Part shown: piece after piece, positions 20,267 to 34,003 of the stretch
Layout of the letters: each line of letters starts with the position of its first letter
Position numbering within the stretch: position 1 is the stretch's first letter
NCBI GenBank assembly: GCA_964199315.1
Contig: OZ116708.1
Span: 9,610,001 to 9,674,000, forward strand
DNA: 64,000 nt
Direction of reading: 5' to 3'
DNA from: Orbicella franksi
Lineage: Eukaryota
Position numbers and translations under genes: made by a program
The notes under the pieces: model-generated
The model's input: the letters and a program-made list of their open reading frames with translations, nothing else
What the model was told of the DNA's origin: nothing
Database searches by the model: none

Positions 20267-23200
20267 TTAGTTGATATTGACAAGCGTGAGTAACAGACCA
20301 GACAGCAAGATCATAACACTGATTGCAAATGCTGAACCTTTGTTGTCTTCATTCTCAACAAGAAGATCTTTCATGTTGCAATCATCTTCATGGCAGCACA
20401 TTGCTCTGCAGTCAACTTCATATCCCCGTTCCTTTCGAGTAATACATTCACCAATCTCCCCTTTGCTGTAATCTTCACAAAAGCTTTTCTGCAGACATCC
20501 TTTTTGAAATATATGGATCTTCTCAGCTCCTTTTTCAAACTTGACATTTGCTTGAAAACAAGCAAGATCATTGACACTGGAGCAGTTCACCACTGTTGTT
20601 TTATTTTGGCAATCGTCATAAGAAACTGAACTATCGCACTCTGAACACTGTATCTGTGCACCTGTATACAAACAGCAAAACAACTCAAAATCATTATCAG
20701 ATGATTAGCATTCTGTTCTGTTTGTTGGGGTCTGTCCTCGTGTACCAGTACAATAGAACTGATACAAAAGACCCAACAACATACAACAGCTTAATTTAAC
20801 CAAGGCTCATAAAGAAAGGCAGTTACAGTGTAATGGTTATTCCCTCAGTGTACTGGTACACCAGGAAACAATGGTTTGTTGCTACATTTTAGGGATTATG
20901 TTTACTAATTATATAAAGGCATCTGCAGTTGAGTGTTGATTGATACTCCAGCTTGATTGACACTCGATCGACATCCCGATCAATTGATACTCCATTGACA
21001 TTTGATCAACAATTAGGGCCTGTTAACAAGGAGAGAGGATTACCCTAGAAGGCAGGTTACCCTAGCAAGCAGGTTACCCTAGCACTGACACACATTTCCT
21101 CTTTTTTTCTTCGTGTTTACAAGCCAGCTTGGGTAACCTGCAGTCACCCCAAAATGCAGGCCTTGCAGACTGCAGACTGCAGACTGCAGACCGCAGACCA
21201 TGCAGACTGTGCAGACTGAGTACTTTTTTTTCTTATTCTTGTTTTTGCATTTACTTTTGACTTGCATATCTTTTGGTTCTGTTCATCCACAGACAACACA
21301 AACTCGGTGGTATGAGACTGTTGATGTGTTACAGATTTTGCAAGGGAAACTCCCTTTAGTCCTAAATATGCTTAAGTAAAGCTATCTTAAAATGTAGAAA
21401 TAAACTTCACTTGTAATGTAATGTCACACGTAACATGTGCATTTTCTACTCTTGGTATACAAAATGTAATTTCAAGTGGCTGTTGGAGTGTGACTGTGAT
21501 CACTCCAAAAACGCCTAGCGCATGGAAAGATCCCAAAAAACCGAATAGCATTTGAAATTCTCAGTGCAGCACGTTTGCCGTGATGCGTTGATGCGATGGT
21601 TAATTTATCTGTCCTTATTGCAGTTTTGTTTTTATGGCGATTTAAACTGCGTGTGGTCCCTCTTTTGCTTAGTCCATCGTGCGTGACGCATAAGAAAACC
21701 TCGAGGAAAAAAATTTCATGCGAGCAAGGTTTACTTACAGTCATGTTCAACTAAGCGAAAGAGGGAATACTCCTAGTCTAATGGTGATTCTGTACTTTGT
21801 GAAGAAAAAAAGGCAATTTGTGGGACAAGGTCGCTTAATTAGAGTCACCGTCCTTGCTTTGTTTTATGAATCAGTTAAGAGGAGAACAAAGACTAAGAAA
21901 ATTGAAAAAAAAAACAAAAAAACAAAAAAACAAAACAAAACAACAAATTGGACAAACTAAATAAAACCACAAACCCGTCAAAAATTGATGCAATTTGCAC
22001 CCAGAATGTATGGAAGTTTATTTTTATGCTTGATATTAGTATATTTAGGACCAGTAAAGGGAATTTCCCATAGAAAGTCTATTAAACGCGTGAATCAACA
22101 GTCAGATGTGAGTTTGTGCTGCCTGTGGATAAATAACAAACATTATAGGACATATTGAACACTATTTTGTCATTAAAAGTGAAAAGAGTGTGTCAAGTGT
22201 TAGAAAAAAAAGTACTCAGTCCGCACAGTCTGCATGGTCTGCACGGTCTGCAGTCTGCAGTCTGCATGGTCTGCGTTTTGGGGTGACCGGGTTACCCGGG
22301 AAGGCGGGTTACCCTATCTGTGTGCTAGGGTTACCCTTGCAGGCGGGTTAACTTTTTCCCTCGCAAACACTCCAGACCTGTAGGGTTAACCTGCCTACCC
22401 AGGTTAACTTTCTTATTGTTTCCAGACCCTTTGATTGTAACCGTACATTACCTGTAAAATTTTACTTGTAAACCCGGGCCATCTTTTACCCTCCAGCTAG
22501 GGTTAACCCCCTTGCTAGGGTAACCCTCCTTCCTTGTAGACAGGCCCTTACTCCATAGTCGGTCAATAGCCCACCAAGTGTCGACCAACTCATATGCATC
22601 AATCAAAGATTAGTCAACTCTAATGATGCACTGTTGACCAAGATGTTGATCGAGTGTCTTGACTCTCAACCGACTGTCGACCAAGATGTCGATCAAGTGT
22701 CAATTGAATGTCAACCGAGGTTTCAATCGAGTATTGATCGAGTGTCAATCAAGGGTAAATCAAGGATCGATCTAGGGTTTCAATCAAGAGTATTGATCAA
22801 CGCTCGACCGCGGATGCCTTTAGTACACATAATCAATTTTTGCTCATCAATGATTCTACAGCATGAAGTTATAACTAGAAGGTATTTGTTACATTGTGTC
22901 TAGATACCCGGCAGCCGGGAAGTGTTTTTAAAATACTACATACTCGGCAGTCTGAATTTATTCTAGAATTTCCACGGAAAAACCCATCCAATCCTTGTTT
23001 AGATTAACGTCAAGCGATTTCAATAATAATTTTGGCTTTGTGCAGGTTCAGGAAATTTTCGAGCTTGGGCAAACTAGCTGCGTCGTTTTATACGTTTGCC
23101 GTTTAGCTTACCGTATAAATAACTTTAGAGAACTGAGAACTTCGCTTCGCTTCCAACGCCAAGTTCCTTTTGGCGCGAAAACCAACACCATGTGCAACCT

Positions 23201-24499
23201 TTGTCACGCAACTGAAGTGTTACACGGGAAGTTAAGATCCATATTTCCCTTTGGCGGACAACGTTCAAGCGTTTTGTAGCTTTTTGAACTACTTTGCCGA
23301 GGTAATTGGCCTGAAGTTCGAAAATCGCTTGGTATTTCTACACCGACATCTTAGCAGATTCAAATGGAAATTTTGGTGGAAAAACGGGAAGAATTTCTGA
23401 CGGCTGGGTATGTAGTTTTTGAAAATCGTGCCTGTGAGTCACACAAAGTTCGTACAATTTGTGCAAAACCAAAACATTGTAAAAACTTGCTTGGTATTTC
23501 CGACCAAAGATCGAAATGCTGAAATACTCTCGGGAGGTTTTAATGATCATTTTTGTGGATATCGATTGTATTGATAATTCACGAATTTTTTACTGCCGGG
23601 TATCTAGTTTTTTGACCATTACCGTGCCCGTGAGTAATTCTTCACTTTCATCTATAACCGCAGTTCATATATGAGATATTTCATATAAACTTTACATCAT
23701 TTCACTCCTCACGGGAAGACATGAACTCAATTAATTGACCTCGCTCCCAATGTGTGGCTTCATAGCTCAGTTGGTAGAGCATCGCACCGGTATCGCGGAG
23801 GACACGGGTTCGAATCCCGTTGAAGCCCTGATTTTTTTTTTTTTTTTTTTTCAGGCTTCTTCTTTCCAGTTGCTTAAATTGGAAATTAACTGCGATGATC
23901 ATTCTTCACTTTCATCTATAACCGCAGTTCATAAATGAAATATTTCATATAAACTTTACATCAGTGATTAGCTAGTTTGCATTTTTCCGCCAATTATTCA
24001 ATAGCAAGAACATATGCAATGTAAATCAAGCATGTTCATTGTTGTAGGGTATTCAATATCTGAAATCTCTGAGATCTAATGTACTTTCTTCAAAGAAATA
24101 TTTAGGAATTTTTAGAATACGGATTAGACCGTAAATTGACTAGATGCCAACATGTGTAACAGCAGTACTCGCTTCTTTCTAAATATTTGCTCCTACTGTG
24201 AATTGTCACGCAGTTGAGGGAACATGGCAGATTTACCTCACGTTAAAAAAAACTTATTTGCGTAAAATCCCTTGAGACTACACATTTACGAGGAAAAGAG
24301 ATCTCAGCTTTAGCCTATTACAAAGTTGCAAAAGCCAAGGCGAGAGTAACGAGGAAAAATAAGCTTAATTAAGGCTTATGAAGCTGCTACGTTGAAACAA
24401 ATATTAGTTTACCACTGACATACAAGTATCAAATCGTAACTTACCGCTCGTCCGAAGTAAACAGAACAACGAAAATGCCACTAACAAAGCGACCTTCAT
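20267..24499 (-). CDS. Ly6/uPAR GPI-anchored protein B, 149 aa; exons 24445-24499 and 20267-20661
   Basis: Signal-peptide exon MKVALLVAFSLFCLLRTS with a phase-1 donor G|GTAAGT. The acceptor ATACAG|GT opens GAQIQCSEC...CCHEDDCN with 12 Cys and a hydrophobic GPI-type tail. Confidence 0.87.
20894..22834. mobile_element. Three nested MITEs: outer 20894-22834, middle 21016-22547 (TTA TSD, Harbinger-like), inner 21143-22287
   Basis: Outer ends GATTATG..AAAGGCATC / GATGCCTTTAGTACACATAATC. Middle ends GGGCCTGT..CAAGG with TTA on both sides. Inner ends GTCACCCCAAAA with inverted (CAGACTG)n arrays. Confidence 0.75.
22900..23607. mobile_element. MITE with 15-bp perfect inverted ends CTAGATACCCGGCAG
   Basis: 22900-22914 and 23593-23607 are exact reverse complements. 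The TSD is ambiguous (TA or CTAG). Confidence 0.7.
23637..23963 (+). mobile_element. tRNA-derived repeat (SINE-like) with a tRNA-Thr(GGT)-like core at 23756-23828
   Basis: Cloverleaf GGCTTCA/TGAAGCC with intact A and B boxes, an imperfect anticodon stem (A.C mismatch) and a following poly-T run. Flanked by 63-bp direct repeats (61/63 identical). Confidence 0.75.
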
Positions 24500-27411
24500 G
24501 TTTTCTTTTCTGTGTACGTAAAACAAGACACTTCAAATGTCTTCAATAAGTCAGCGTTGCTTCAGCACACCTCGGCCAATACCGAATGAAAAATTTCCCT
24601 CGTGGGCGTTGGATTAGTGCAAAGCTTCAAGAGGGCGAGGGGTGGGTGGATTAATTAAACACCTGCGTGTTTCTTTTCCCGTTTGTTTTATCTGTTTGTT
24701 TGTTTTTTCTCTTTCAGTCAGATAGCGTTCCTGTATCGATAGAACCTATCCAAATAACGACAGATGTGGTTTCGCTCGCATGCTTTAAGTCTGTGATTCC
24801 CACTCCTCCCTCTACCCCCACCCTGAAAGGGAAAACACAAACTGACGTCATCTACGGTGAAACGTGCTTCTTCAGCAGTTCTCCATGGTTACTTGAAATA
24901 TTTTTTCCTGTTTCGTTGGACCACGCGATGCATGAAATGAGAGGCCTTCTGCTAGTACTAACTAATATATGGCGAAAATTTTCTGAGTGATTTATTTTTC
25001 CTTGTAAATTATAAAGACTGTCTAAGAACCCCGGAGGGTCACGCAATTCGTTGTGGGGAAATATTGCGTGACGGCTCAAATGATTGCCTAGGCGGGGCCT
25101 GCAATTTATCTAATCGAGGAGCCCGTAGCCCTTCTGGGGACCAAAAACGTGATGATTGAACAACATAAGAAAATGCTGTTGCTTTTTGCACACAGAGCAG
25201 AGAGGGGCTGGATTTTCCGTTTTAGAACACTTGGTAAGGGGGGGGGGTGGGTCATTCAATTTTCAGCTACCCATGGGGGGGGGGGTGGGTTATCCAGTTT
25301 TATAAAAGGAATTGGCACACATTTGACGCAACTGACAACAGAGGTAACATCTTCCAGTTCCAAAGGACTAAACTTTTTTGAGCTGTGGCTGAAAAAGTAC
25401 ATGTGGCTGGTGTACAACAGAGATGGCAATGAAAGCTGAGAAGTCTAATGGAATGAGCAAGGAGTCCCAAGGCAGAAATTTTCAAAATTCTGCAATCTTT
25501 TGATGTGCTGGACTTCAACAACACCAAATGGCCAACTTGTGTCTACATGCTATTTGTCTTCAAGGGTAAAGGACACATGTTAATGGATCTGGAACACACT
25601 ACGGCCTTTGTTTTAGATGGATCACTGTTCCATACATAGTGATGCTGGAGGTCAAGTTGAAAGGTTTATGGTCAAGTTTTTATTCCAGGGGTTTTATAAT
25701 CGACATGACTTAAAGTTGCAAGAGTAAAAGAAAATAATATTATTTTTAGATGAATTGTTTCTAAGAAATAAATCCAAAACAAATAATACCACGATTTCAT
25801 ATACTAAATGTGATCTTGTTGGATTATGCATCCGAAAATGTCATGTTTTATAAGGGGTGGGTCATGTAATTTTCAACCTTTATTTCAGGGTGGTTCACTT
25901 AGTTTTGTGCCAAATGGAAGGGGTTGGTCATGTGTTTTCTATCCACCACATGTTCAAATGCTCACACAGCCCACCCCCTCCTATACTTTTTGACCAGTCC
26001 CTATAAAGAAAATAATTTACTAGTCCACAGTATCCTTGAGTCTTGACAAAAGGAGGGGGGGCACGGAAGGGCTAAACTGGGAACTGGGAATTACCTTTTT
26101 TCCACTGGGAATATCTGATTTGGGTCCCTGGGACTGGAAATGGTCTAAGAGTTGGGTATCTACATCTACATTTATTTAGTTGATAAAGTCCCGCAAGACA
26201 TCACATCATGTATGTATTCTTGTCTGATTTCTTGGAAGTGCTGGTTGTTGATTCTGCAAATCGCCACAACCCCAACAGATACTTCTCCAAAGCTTTACTT
26301 TCAAGCAAAAAAGGTTGTCGAGATTTTGTCAAGGAGCCACAATATTTGTGATAACATTCATATAGTGTTATGTTTACTGGCAAAATCAAACTTGAAAAAT
26401 AATTAGTAAATAATTAAACAATTATTTAATAAATTGATTTGGATGAGTAACCTGGAGGGCTTGGCTAGAGTACAGCCTTGAGTCTGAACAGTGTGACATG
26501 GAATGAAATTTGCCATGCATGCAAAAACCTTAAATGTTGATTTACTTTTCAATTTCTATGAATATGGTCACAATGTTTGCCACAGCCACTAAAAGTATCC
26601 CTTAATTAGCATAAAACACAAAATTTGAAGCAGTATCTTTTTTTTTTTCATTATTGTTTATACATCTACCCATTTAAATGAGTGCCAAAAGACTTTCCTA
26701 TTGTTCAACATTTGACATCAAATTGCTGATAGGCCACTCAGAGTCTTATCATTGTACTTCGTGGCCAATACCTTGAGGATCTGGTCTATAATTTTGATAA
26801 AGGACACTTAATGATTTTACACACACTAAAAAAAAATCAGTTTAAGATTGTGGGATGATGTACAATTACTCAGGAGTGTAAAATTATCCTGAAGACTATT
26901 TTACAAACTTCGCTCAAAAACATGCTATATGCTATTATCAAGTGCTACATATAAGGATAATAATATAGTACTACATAAGGACCAAATCAAAACATGTACA
27001 TGTACATACCAGTGGCAGATCTAGACCTTGAGCTACAGTGGTGGGGGCATTGCTTGCCCTCCTGGCTTTTCTTCCTTCTGAATTTTTTTTTTACCCAAAA
27101 TAAGGGGGGGGGATGGGGGGCACCTGGGCCCAGGCACCCATGCATGTTTAAAGAAAAAGGGGAAAATATGCAGATTCCAGGAAAATATCTATATTCATTC
27201 AAATTCTGATGGTTTCAAACTTTAAGAAGGGAAGTATTTAAACTAAAATCTCCAGAGGGTTAAAGGTGGAGGACGGGGCAAGGGGGGCGGGGCACAGTGG
27301 GGTAGTTTCAAAACAAAAGCCCAAAGGGCAGGGATATGGATATTTTCTGTTAATATTTAACCACTGATTACTTTGTTTGCCTTGTTTATGTATTGAACTC
27401 GCACTTCATGG

Positions 27412-30400
27412 TTAGTAAATATTGACAAGCGCCAAAAATAGACTGGGCAGCAGTATAACAACACTTGCTAAAAAGGTGAACCCTTTGCTCTCAATGATGA
27501 GATTTTCCTTGTTACATCCATCTTCATGACAGCACTCTGATATACACTCCACGGTGAATCCCAAGGCCTTTAGATCATTACAATATCCAATGTCTCCATT
27601 CTTGTATCTTTCACAAAAAGATTTATCCAGACATCCGCTATCAAAGTCCTCTCCCTTGTAAGAGCCATTATCATACTTGACAGATGTTTCAAAACATGCA
27701 TTAGAGGCATCAGAACAGTTGACCAATGTTTGCTGACTTTGGCAATCTTCAAAAGATTTGGATTCAGGGCAGTCATAGCACTGACGAAAATGACCTGCCA
27801 AGACAGCATCTAGATCATTAAGTAGTTCATCTCAGGGTTGACAAGTTGTTTTTATTCCATTAGAAAAGCACCCACTTATATTTCTTAAGTTACCATGATT
27901 TGATCAGTGCTATTATGTTAACTGCTGAACACAACCATCACACCTCTAACTGGTGATACACACCTCTAACTAATGAATAGTGATACAATTAATTCTCAAA
28001 AATCTATGTGCAATTAACACAGCTAGATGTCTGCGTGGATAAATCCTCTCCAAGCGACCATGTAATTTTTGTTTTAGTATATAAAATTATCACAATACAT
28101 AATGGTATTTTTGGCATTTTTCCAAAAATTTCTGACCTTCTGAAGATTTCCGAAGGTTGTCCAAAATTTTTCCGAAGGCCAGACGAATGTTTCTGAAGAT
28201 TTCCGAAGATATAACCAATGATTGCCAAATTAAAGACTTCCAAAGAAGATCCAAAGATGTTTTGATCATACACCAACAAATTTAAGTATAGTTAAAAGGA
28301 CAAAATGATATTTAAAATGATATCACACATGCATGGATAAAAATGATATCTTTAGTGTGATATCATTTTAATCAATTTGCTACCAATCATTTTACCACTA
28401 ACTTTTACATAATAAAATCAACTGCATATAGAGGTTTTGCATGGCAGCCATGTTGCATGCAGGCATGCAGGAACAATGAAAATGAAAATGCATTAGAAAG
28501 AACATTTTTTCCCATAGGAAAATGAATCTATTGTTCCTCCCATGCAACATGGTTGCTGTGCAAAACCTCTATTACTTGGTTTGCTTATTTCTTGGCTACA
28601 CTGTAGGGGCCTCTGGATCCGGGCTTTTTTCTCCTTCGTGGTATTACAAATTATTGACACAAAGTCTTAGAGTCCCTTAATTTTCAGCGATCCTTTAATT
28701 TTCTGAGGTTTACAAGTACACAAAATTTTTTGGAACTTTATGATATTGTTTGGCTGTCAGTTTTGACTTTAGAAAATCAATGCTTTAACTTTAATACAGG
28801 GTTAGCGTTAACCGGCTTTCGAACAACCCGGCCCTGATGATTTGTCAGTGTATCAAAAAAAAAAAAAAAAAATGTTTGGTGAACAATCATATCAGGTTGT
28901 CAGTAACCCAATCAAAAATGTGAGTTCATTCAGACATTTCTGGAGCTTTAAGGAGGAACTACATTTCCCTTCCCAATTTGGAAACAGCTATTTGTGTTTC
29001 ACAGGTTATGCTTAATGGCTTAATAGTAGCAGGTTTTGGTCACAGGGCTACTCTCTGATCATACTGGCAGGATACTTGGGTAAAAAACTTAACTAGATTT
29101 AGGATATTTGTGGGAGGAATTAAGGTGATTCCTTAGTATGGCATTGCACATCCCTACTGGGCATGATTTTTGCGTCATTAGTGTGCACACTTGAGTACGT
29201 GCGTGTACAAAACGTATTGAGAGATTTCCCTCAAACTTAAAGCTTGATAGCGAAATATAAATGCTCATTTCCTCTTAAATGAGCATGGTGACCCCCACCT
29301 TTTATTTCATAATTTCAATGAGAACAATATCCTCAATAACTGAAAAAAAAAATTAGCAGAAATCTATGGCTACTTGTTTGGCAAATGAAATAAATACTAC
29401 AGAGGGAGACATAACAGGCCCAACAGCATATGTCTAAATTGTGTTTAAAAATGCAGGGTATTTGAAGACATTTTTCTGGGACATAGATGAATAAACAATC
29501 AAAGAATGTCAAACTGTGTGTGATATAACACGCTGCATTGAAAAATAATCGAGCTTATTTGTTGCGCATGGAGATTACCAAAAGTCACCTATTAAGTAAA
29601 TAACCGTATTTGTCAGCATTGTGGCATGAAAACAAGCATGGTGAGCCCCTCTTTTTACTACGTTTTTAATATCTCCTTGCCCTGTAACAACAGCATACCA
29701 AGTTTCATCGGAAATCTATGGCAGGTTCTTTTACTAGGGAATCATCTTAATGGAGTAACGCATACTGTAAATCCTTGAATTAGTGCCTGGGGTCATCTGT
29801 GCCTAAACAGCAACATAAGCTGTTTATCAACATACAAAGCTGATCGTGAAGTTTGAATCGCTGCACCGTCAGAGCTTAACATGTTCAACGTGTTCACTTA
29901 ACGTGTTCACAAACTGAAACAAAATGTACAAATCTAATACTGCCTGACGAAAACTGTGCATCCTTTGTTGTCTCAGTACTTGTCCACAAAATGGGGGAAG
30001 GGGAGGGGCACTTATTTGAGGGGGGGGGGGTTGCTAATTCGAGGATTTACGGTATTTTGAACAGATTTTCCAGGATAATGAGTGGAAAAGTTGTTAGTTT
30101 TTGAATTAAAATTTACGGGATACTGGATATTTAGATCAAAAATTAACGGGACACGGGATACTCAGAGTCCCCTAGTGAGGCCTCTTTAGTGAGGAAATTG
30201 CTATTGGGTTTCACCGCACAGTCGAGGTAAAGTGACATGTCCGGACAGATAATCATTCTTTCTATAACTTATATTTGAACCATATATTTGAATTGCCGAT
30301 TAGAGGTATCTGTTCCGCTTTATTGCTAATTATAACTTTTGGCCAGGGATGTCGACGACCACCAAAAGGTTTACTTTAACGAAAGCAAATATTGCAATCA

Positions 30401-30723
30401 ACCCGGTTAACCGTAGAGAGCCAGCTTGTTTACAACGTGAACAGTTGATCGACCCTCACATCCATTCACAATTATCAACTACATTGCAGTTGCTGAAGCT
30501 TACATAAGCTTATCTCGATCAGATAAAAAAAGTCGAAAAACTGAAAGCGAGCTCAGCGCTTTGGGGCATTAGCGAAACGTGATCTCCGACGGTGCGCTCA
30601 ACGGCACGTAAATTCTAATAAACTGATTTCTACGCAATTCCCTGACAAAAAAAAAAAAAACAACTTACCAATGGTCCAGATTGAACAGAAAAATGTAACT
30701 CCCAAATGTAAACCGACGTTCAT
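27412..30723 (-). CDS. Ly6/uPAR GPI-anchored protein C, 145 aa; exons 30669-30723 and 27412-27794
   Basis: Signal-peptide exon MNVGLHLGVTFFCSIWTI with a phase-1 donor G|GTAAGT. The acceptor TGGCAG|GT opens GHFRQCYDC...CCHEDGCN with 12 Cys and a hydrophobic tail. Close paralog of gene B. Confidence 0.86.
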
Positions 30724-33280
30724 GCTGACGTTTTGGCTTTCACAGGTATAAAATATACTACAGAGGCTTTATACTTCGATCGACACACCTCTGTTGACTT
30801 TTATTTGGACTCTGCTTGGAACACTGACGAAGTTACGGAGAGGGGTGGGGTTAAAATAATTTTGTTGTTGTTTATGTGTCTTTTGTGGGAAAATTGTTTG
30901 AAGAACCTGCGCGCACGCAGATCACCAACAAATGAAGCATATAATTGCATGTTTTAAAAATTTTCTGATAAGTACCGAGCTAAAATCACGCCTTCCCCGC
31001 TAAGTATGAAGTTGTGTGAGCAATCTTGTTCCCAGGGTCCTATAGATCTCTTTCTCGAGGTGGAGAGAGTTCCAGGGGATTGAGGTTGTTGTGTGAAGTT
31101 ACCGGTGACGTCAAAACCCCACATCCAGTTTGTCACGCTATTTGTGGGTGAAATCGTTTTGATACCTGTGTTTCATTCTCCTTTTTCTCTAAAACCCTTG
31201 ATCCTTTGGTCGCCAAAAATGGCAACACGCAAATTTACAACACAAACTTCGGATTTTTGATAGTTAAGCTGACACGTGTGCCGTTGCCCTGGCAACATTA
31301 CTTAATTTAACTGTTTTGAAGAGTCCACCAAGTGCTGCTACATCCAGGGACTTTTAATTCACAAAAAAATAACTCTTGTATTGGCACGCTTGCGTACTAA
31401 CCCACTAAATTAAAAACAAAATTGGAAATCTGGCGTCCCCGTGTTAATTTCTCTTATGCGTAAAAGTAACACAAACTTCATCCTCGGAGACCCAGGGGCA
31501 GTTAGTGGGGGCAGGGAAAAGTCTAAACGGGCGAGAAAACAAATTTGGGCGAAGAAAAGCGTTGATTATTCATGTGAACCCATTGCCAGCCCCTCCTTCC
31601 ATCCCATCTTTCCAGGACGCATTGGAGAAACGTAGTTTATGCAATTCTAACAATCACAAAATACCATGCAGATAACTGAGGCAGTACCACTTATATTTCC
31701 ATTTTTTTTTTCATTGACCTTTCAGCTGCAACATTTTATGAATTTCTGAACAAAGACTCTTAGGTATATTATTGGTCATGTAAAATTATGATTTACGACT
31801 ATCTCGATTACGAAAGACCAAATTACTTTTCTGATTTTAAATCATTTCTTCAACACTCTGCTTGTCAAAATCACTGAAGTATAATTATTTAACATCATCT
31901 TGATAGGGAAAAACTGCATTCAAATCTTATTTCAACACACAGCGACACTAATATATACAACTACTAAACTAGTTTTGTTTATGACCTCTTGATTTGGTCC
32001 CCATGACAGATTTTAATCCAAGATGACCTTATGTAACCATGCATGAAATACAAACCTTGATACCACATGCTACACTAATAATTTTCATTTTTATTTGTAC
32101 TTATTTATTTATTTGCTAATGTTTATTTCTATCTTATCATTATTGTTTTTTATCTGGTTATATTGTTGTTAGTTGTTATTATTCTGTATCAAGTTATATT
32201 TTTCGTGCATGGTTACATGATGTCATCCCAAATTCATATCTTTACAGGCAACCAACTGAAGAAGTCACAGACAAACAAGTCTTGAAGTCACACATACTGT
32301 ATAACTATGTATTGAAGGAAAATTCAAACAAAGCTTTTCCTAAATCAAGATGCTGTTCAGTAATCACACTTCCTTGCTTTAACAAGTAGAACTTTGTGAA
32401 GGAGGTTATTGTGCATGGTTTATATGCTCCCACAACAATGCAATGCTTGGTTTAAGTGAGTGGCAAAAGCGTTCGTACAGGAGTGAAGCCATATTTTTCT
32501 ATGTTTTCTTCATTAATGACTAGGGCAGGGCTTGAAAAAAGTGCTGTCCAGTTGTCCAGGACAAGTAGATTAATTGCTACTGGGCAAGTAACTTTTCATT
32601 CTCACTTGCCCAATGGGCAAGTGCCCAAGACTTGCTCTTCAAACTGTTAATTCTCCTTTACTGTCCTTCATTTCTCTTGACATCAGAGTTCTGAGAATTT
32701 GTTGCTACATCAGGACAATATCTTTCAGTTGATGATTGCTGTAATTCTCATCACTGGCTTGATTGATAAGAGACCGGCACTGTAAGGGGAAACCAGTGGT
32801 TGATCACTTGGCCATCTAAGTCAAATTTGTCCACTTGTACAAAATATGCCACATACTCAACAACCACTTTTTGAAAAAAAAAAGTACTTGTTCCTTCAAT
32901 CACTGATCTCCATTGCTTTCCATTTATAACAGTTTGGAATGATTAAGTTAACTGCATTTAGTGTTGGTGAGTTAGGAAACAAATCAATAAAGGCTTGGAA
33001 ATCTTCTAAGGATTGCGTTAGACTGGGATCCAGTGGAATAGAACCTACAAGGAGGAAAAAATTATTCATTCAAGATTTGAAAGTGAGATGTAGCTAGAAG
33101 ACTCTCCTCAAATTGAACACATCAAAGCAGTGAGAATTTTCTGCAATAATTTGCAATGACCCCTGGACCAGACTAGATCACAAACAATCTGTTCTGCTAT
33201 GTGAAAAGCTTGACACAACAACGAATTTGGCTGACATTCCTTAAGCTTCCAGCAAACGAGACCTTTGCATTTCCAGACAA

Positions 33281-33478
33281 TGTGCAGTACCAGAAAATAT
33301 CATGGATACTCCCCCCACAGACGGGATTGGAATTTCCTGGGGGTGGGGGGTTCTCTAAGACCAAAAAATTTAAAGAAATGTATCAAGTTGAATTGGAATT
33401 TCCAGAGGGGTGGGGGAAGGGGGTCTTGGAAAAAATCCCTTCCGTGTGGGAGGTATGGATATTTTCTGGAACTACACA
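33281..33478. mobile_element. MITE (TGTGCAGTACCAGAAAATATC / GATATTTTCTGGAACTACACA)
   Basis: Imperfect terminal inverted repeats read directly. Confidence 0.65.
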
Positions 33479-33953
33479 ATATACTCTGCTGATTTTTTTT
33501 TATATTAAGATACTTACAAGTGCAATAAATGGTGACAAGACCATTTTCCACAAGACATGATCTAGATTGCCCCTCACCCCTCTATCCCCTTCCTGTGTAG
33601 TAACGAGTGTTAATAAGTATTTTTACCTAAAAATGGAACATTGCAGCTCTTTGCCAAGGCTTCACCTCCTCCTTTTGAAAACAAATTTGCGCATTCCTAA
33701 AATAAAGAAAGTGGAATATTATTTCACACTGAAGATTAAGGTACACCATAACAGTCAAAAATAAAACAAATCATAGTGGATTAAATATATTTTTTCAATG
33801 ACATACAGTGTTCCAGATTAGTGAGGGGTCTCAGGTCAAAAACCCGACAAGATCAGCTGCATGATCCGATAAATTAGTAGAAAAATTATAGTGATTTGGT
33901 GGGAGCATTGGAAATTGACCTGTTAGAATTCCTTATTGGCACCCAACCTTTAA

Positions 33954-34003
33954 ATGTCCAGGGCTCCAGGTGAGTTTTAAAACTCACCTGGAGCCCTGGA
34001 CAT
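33954..34003. repeat. Perfect 50-bp spacerless palindrome
   Basis: ATGTCCAGGGCTCCAGGTGAGTTTT|AAAACTCACCTGGAGCCCTGGACAT; the two 25-nt arms are exact reverse complements. Confidence 0.95.

Noticed and set aside
23756-23828. Functional tRNA-Thr gene
   Set aside because: GGT anticodon atypical for eukaryotes, mismatched anticodon stem, and embedded in a repeated unit; treated as a tRNA-derived repeat.
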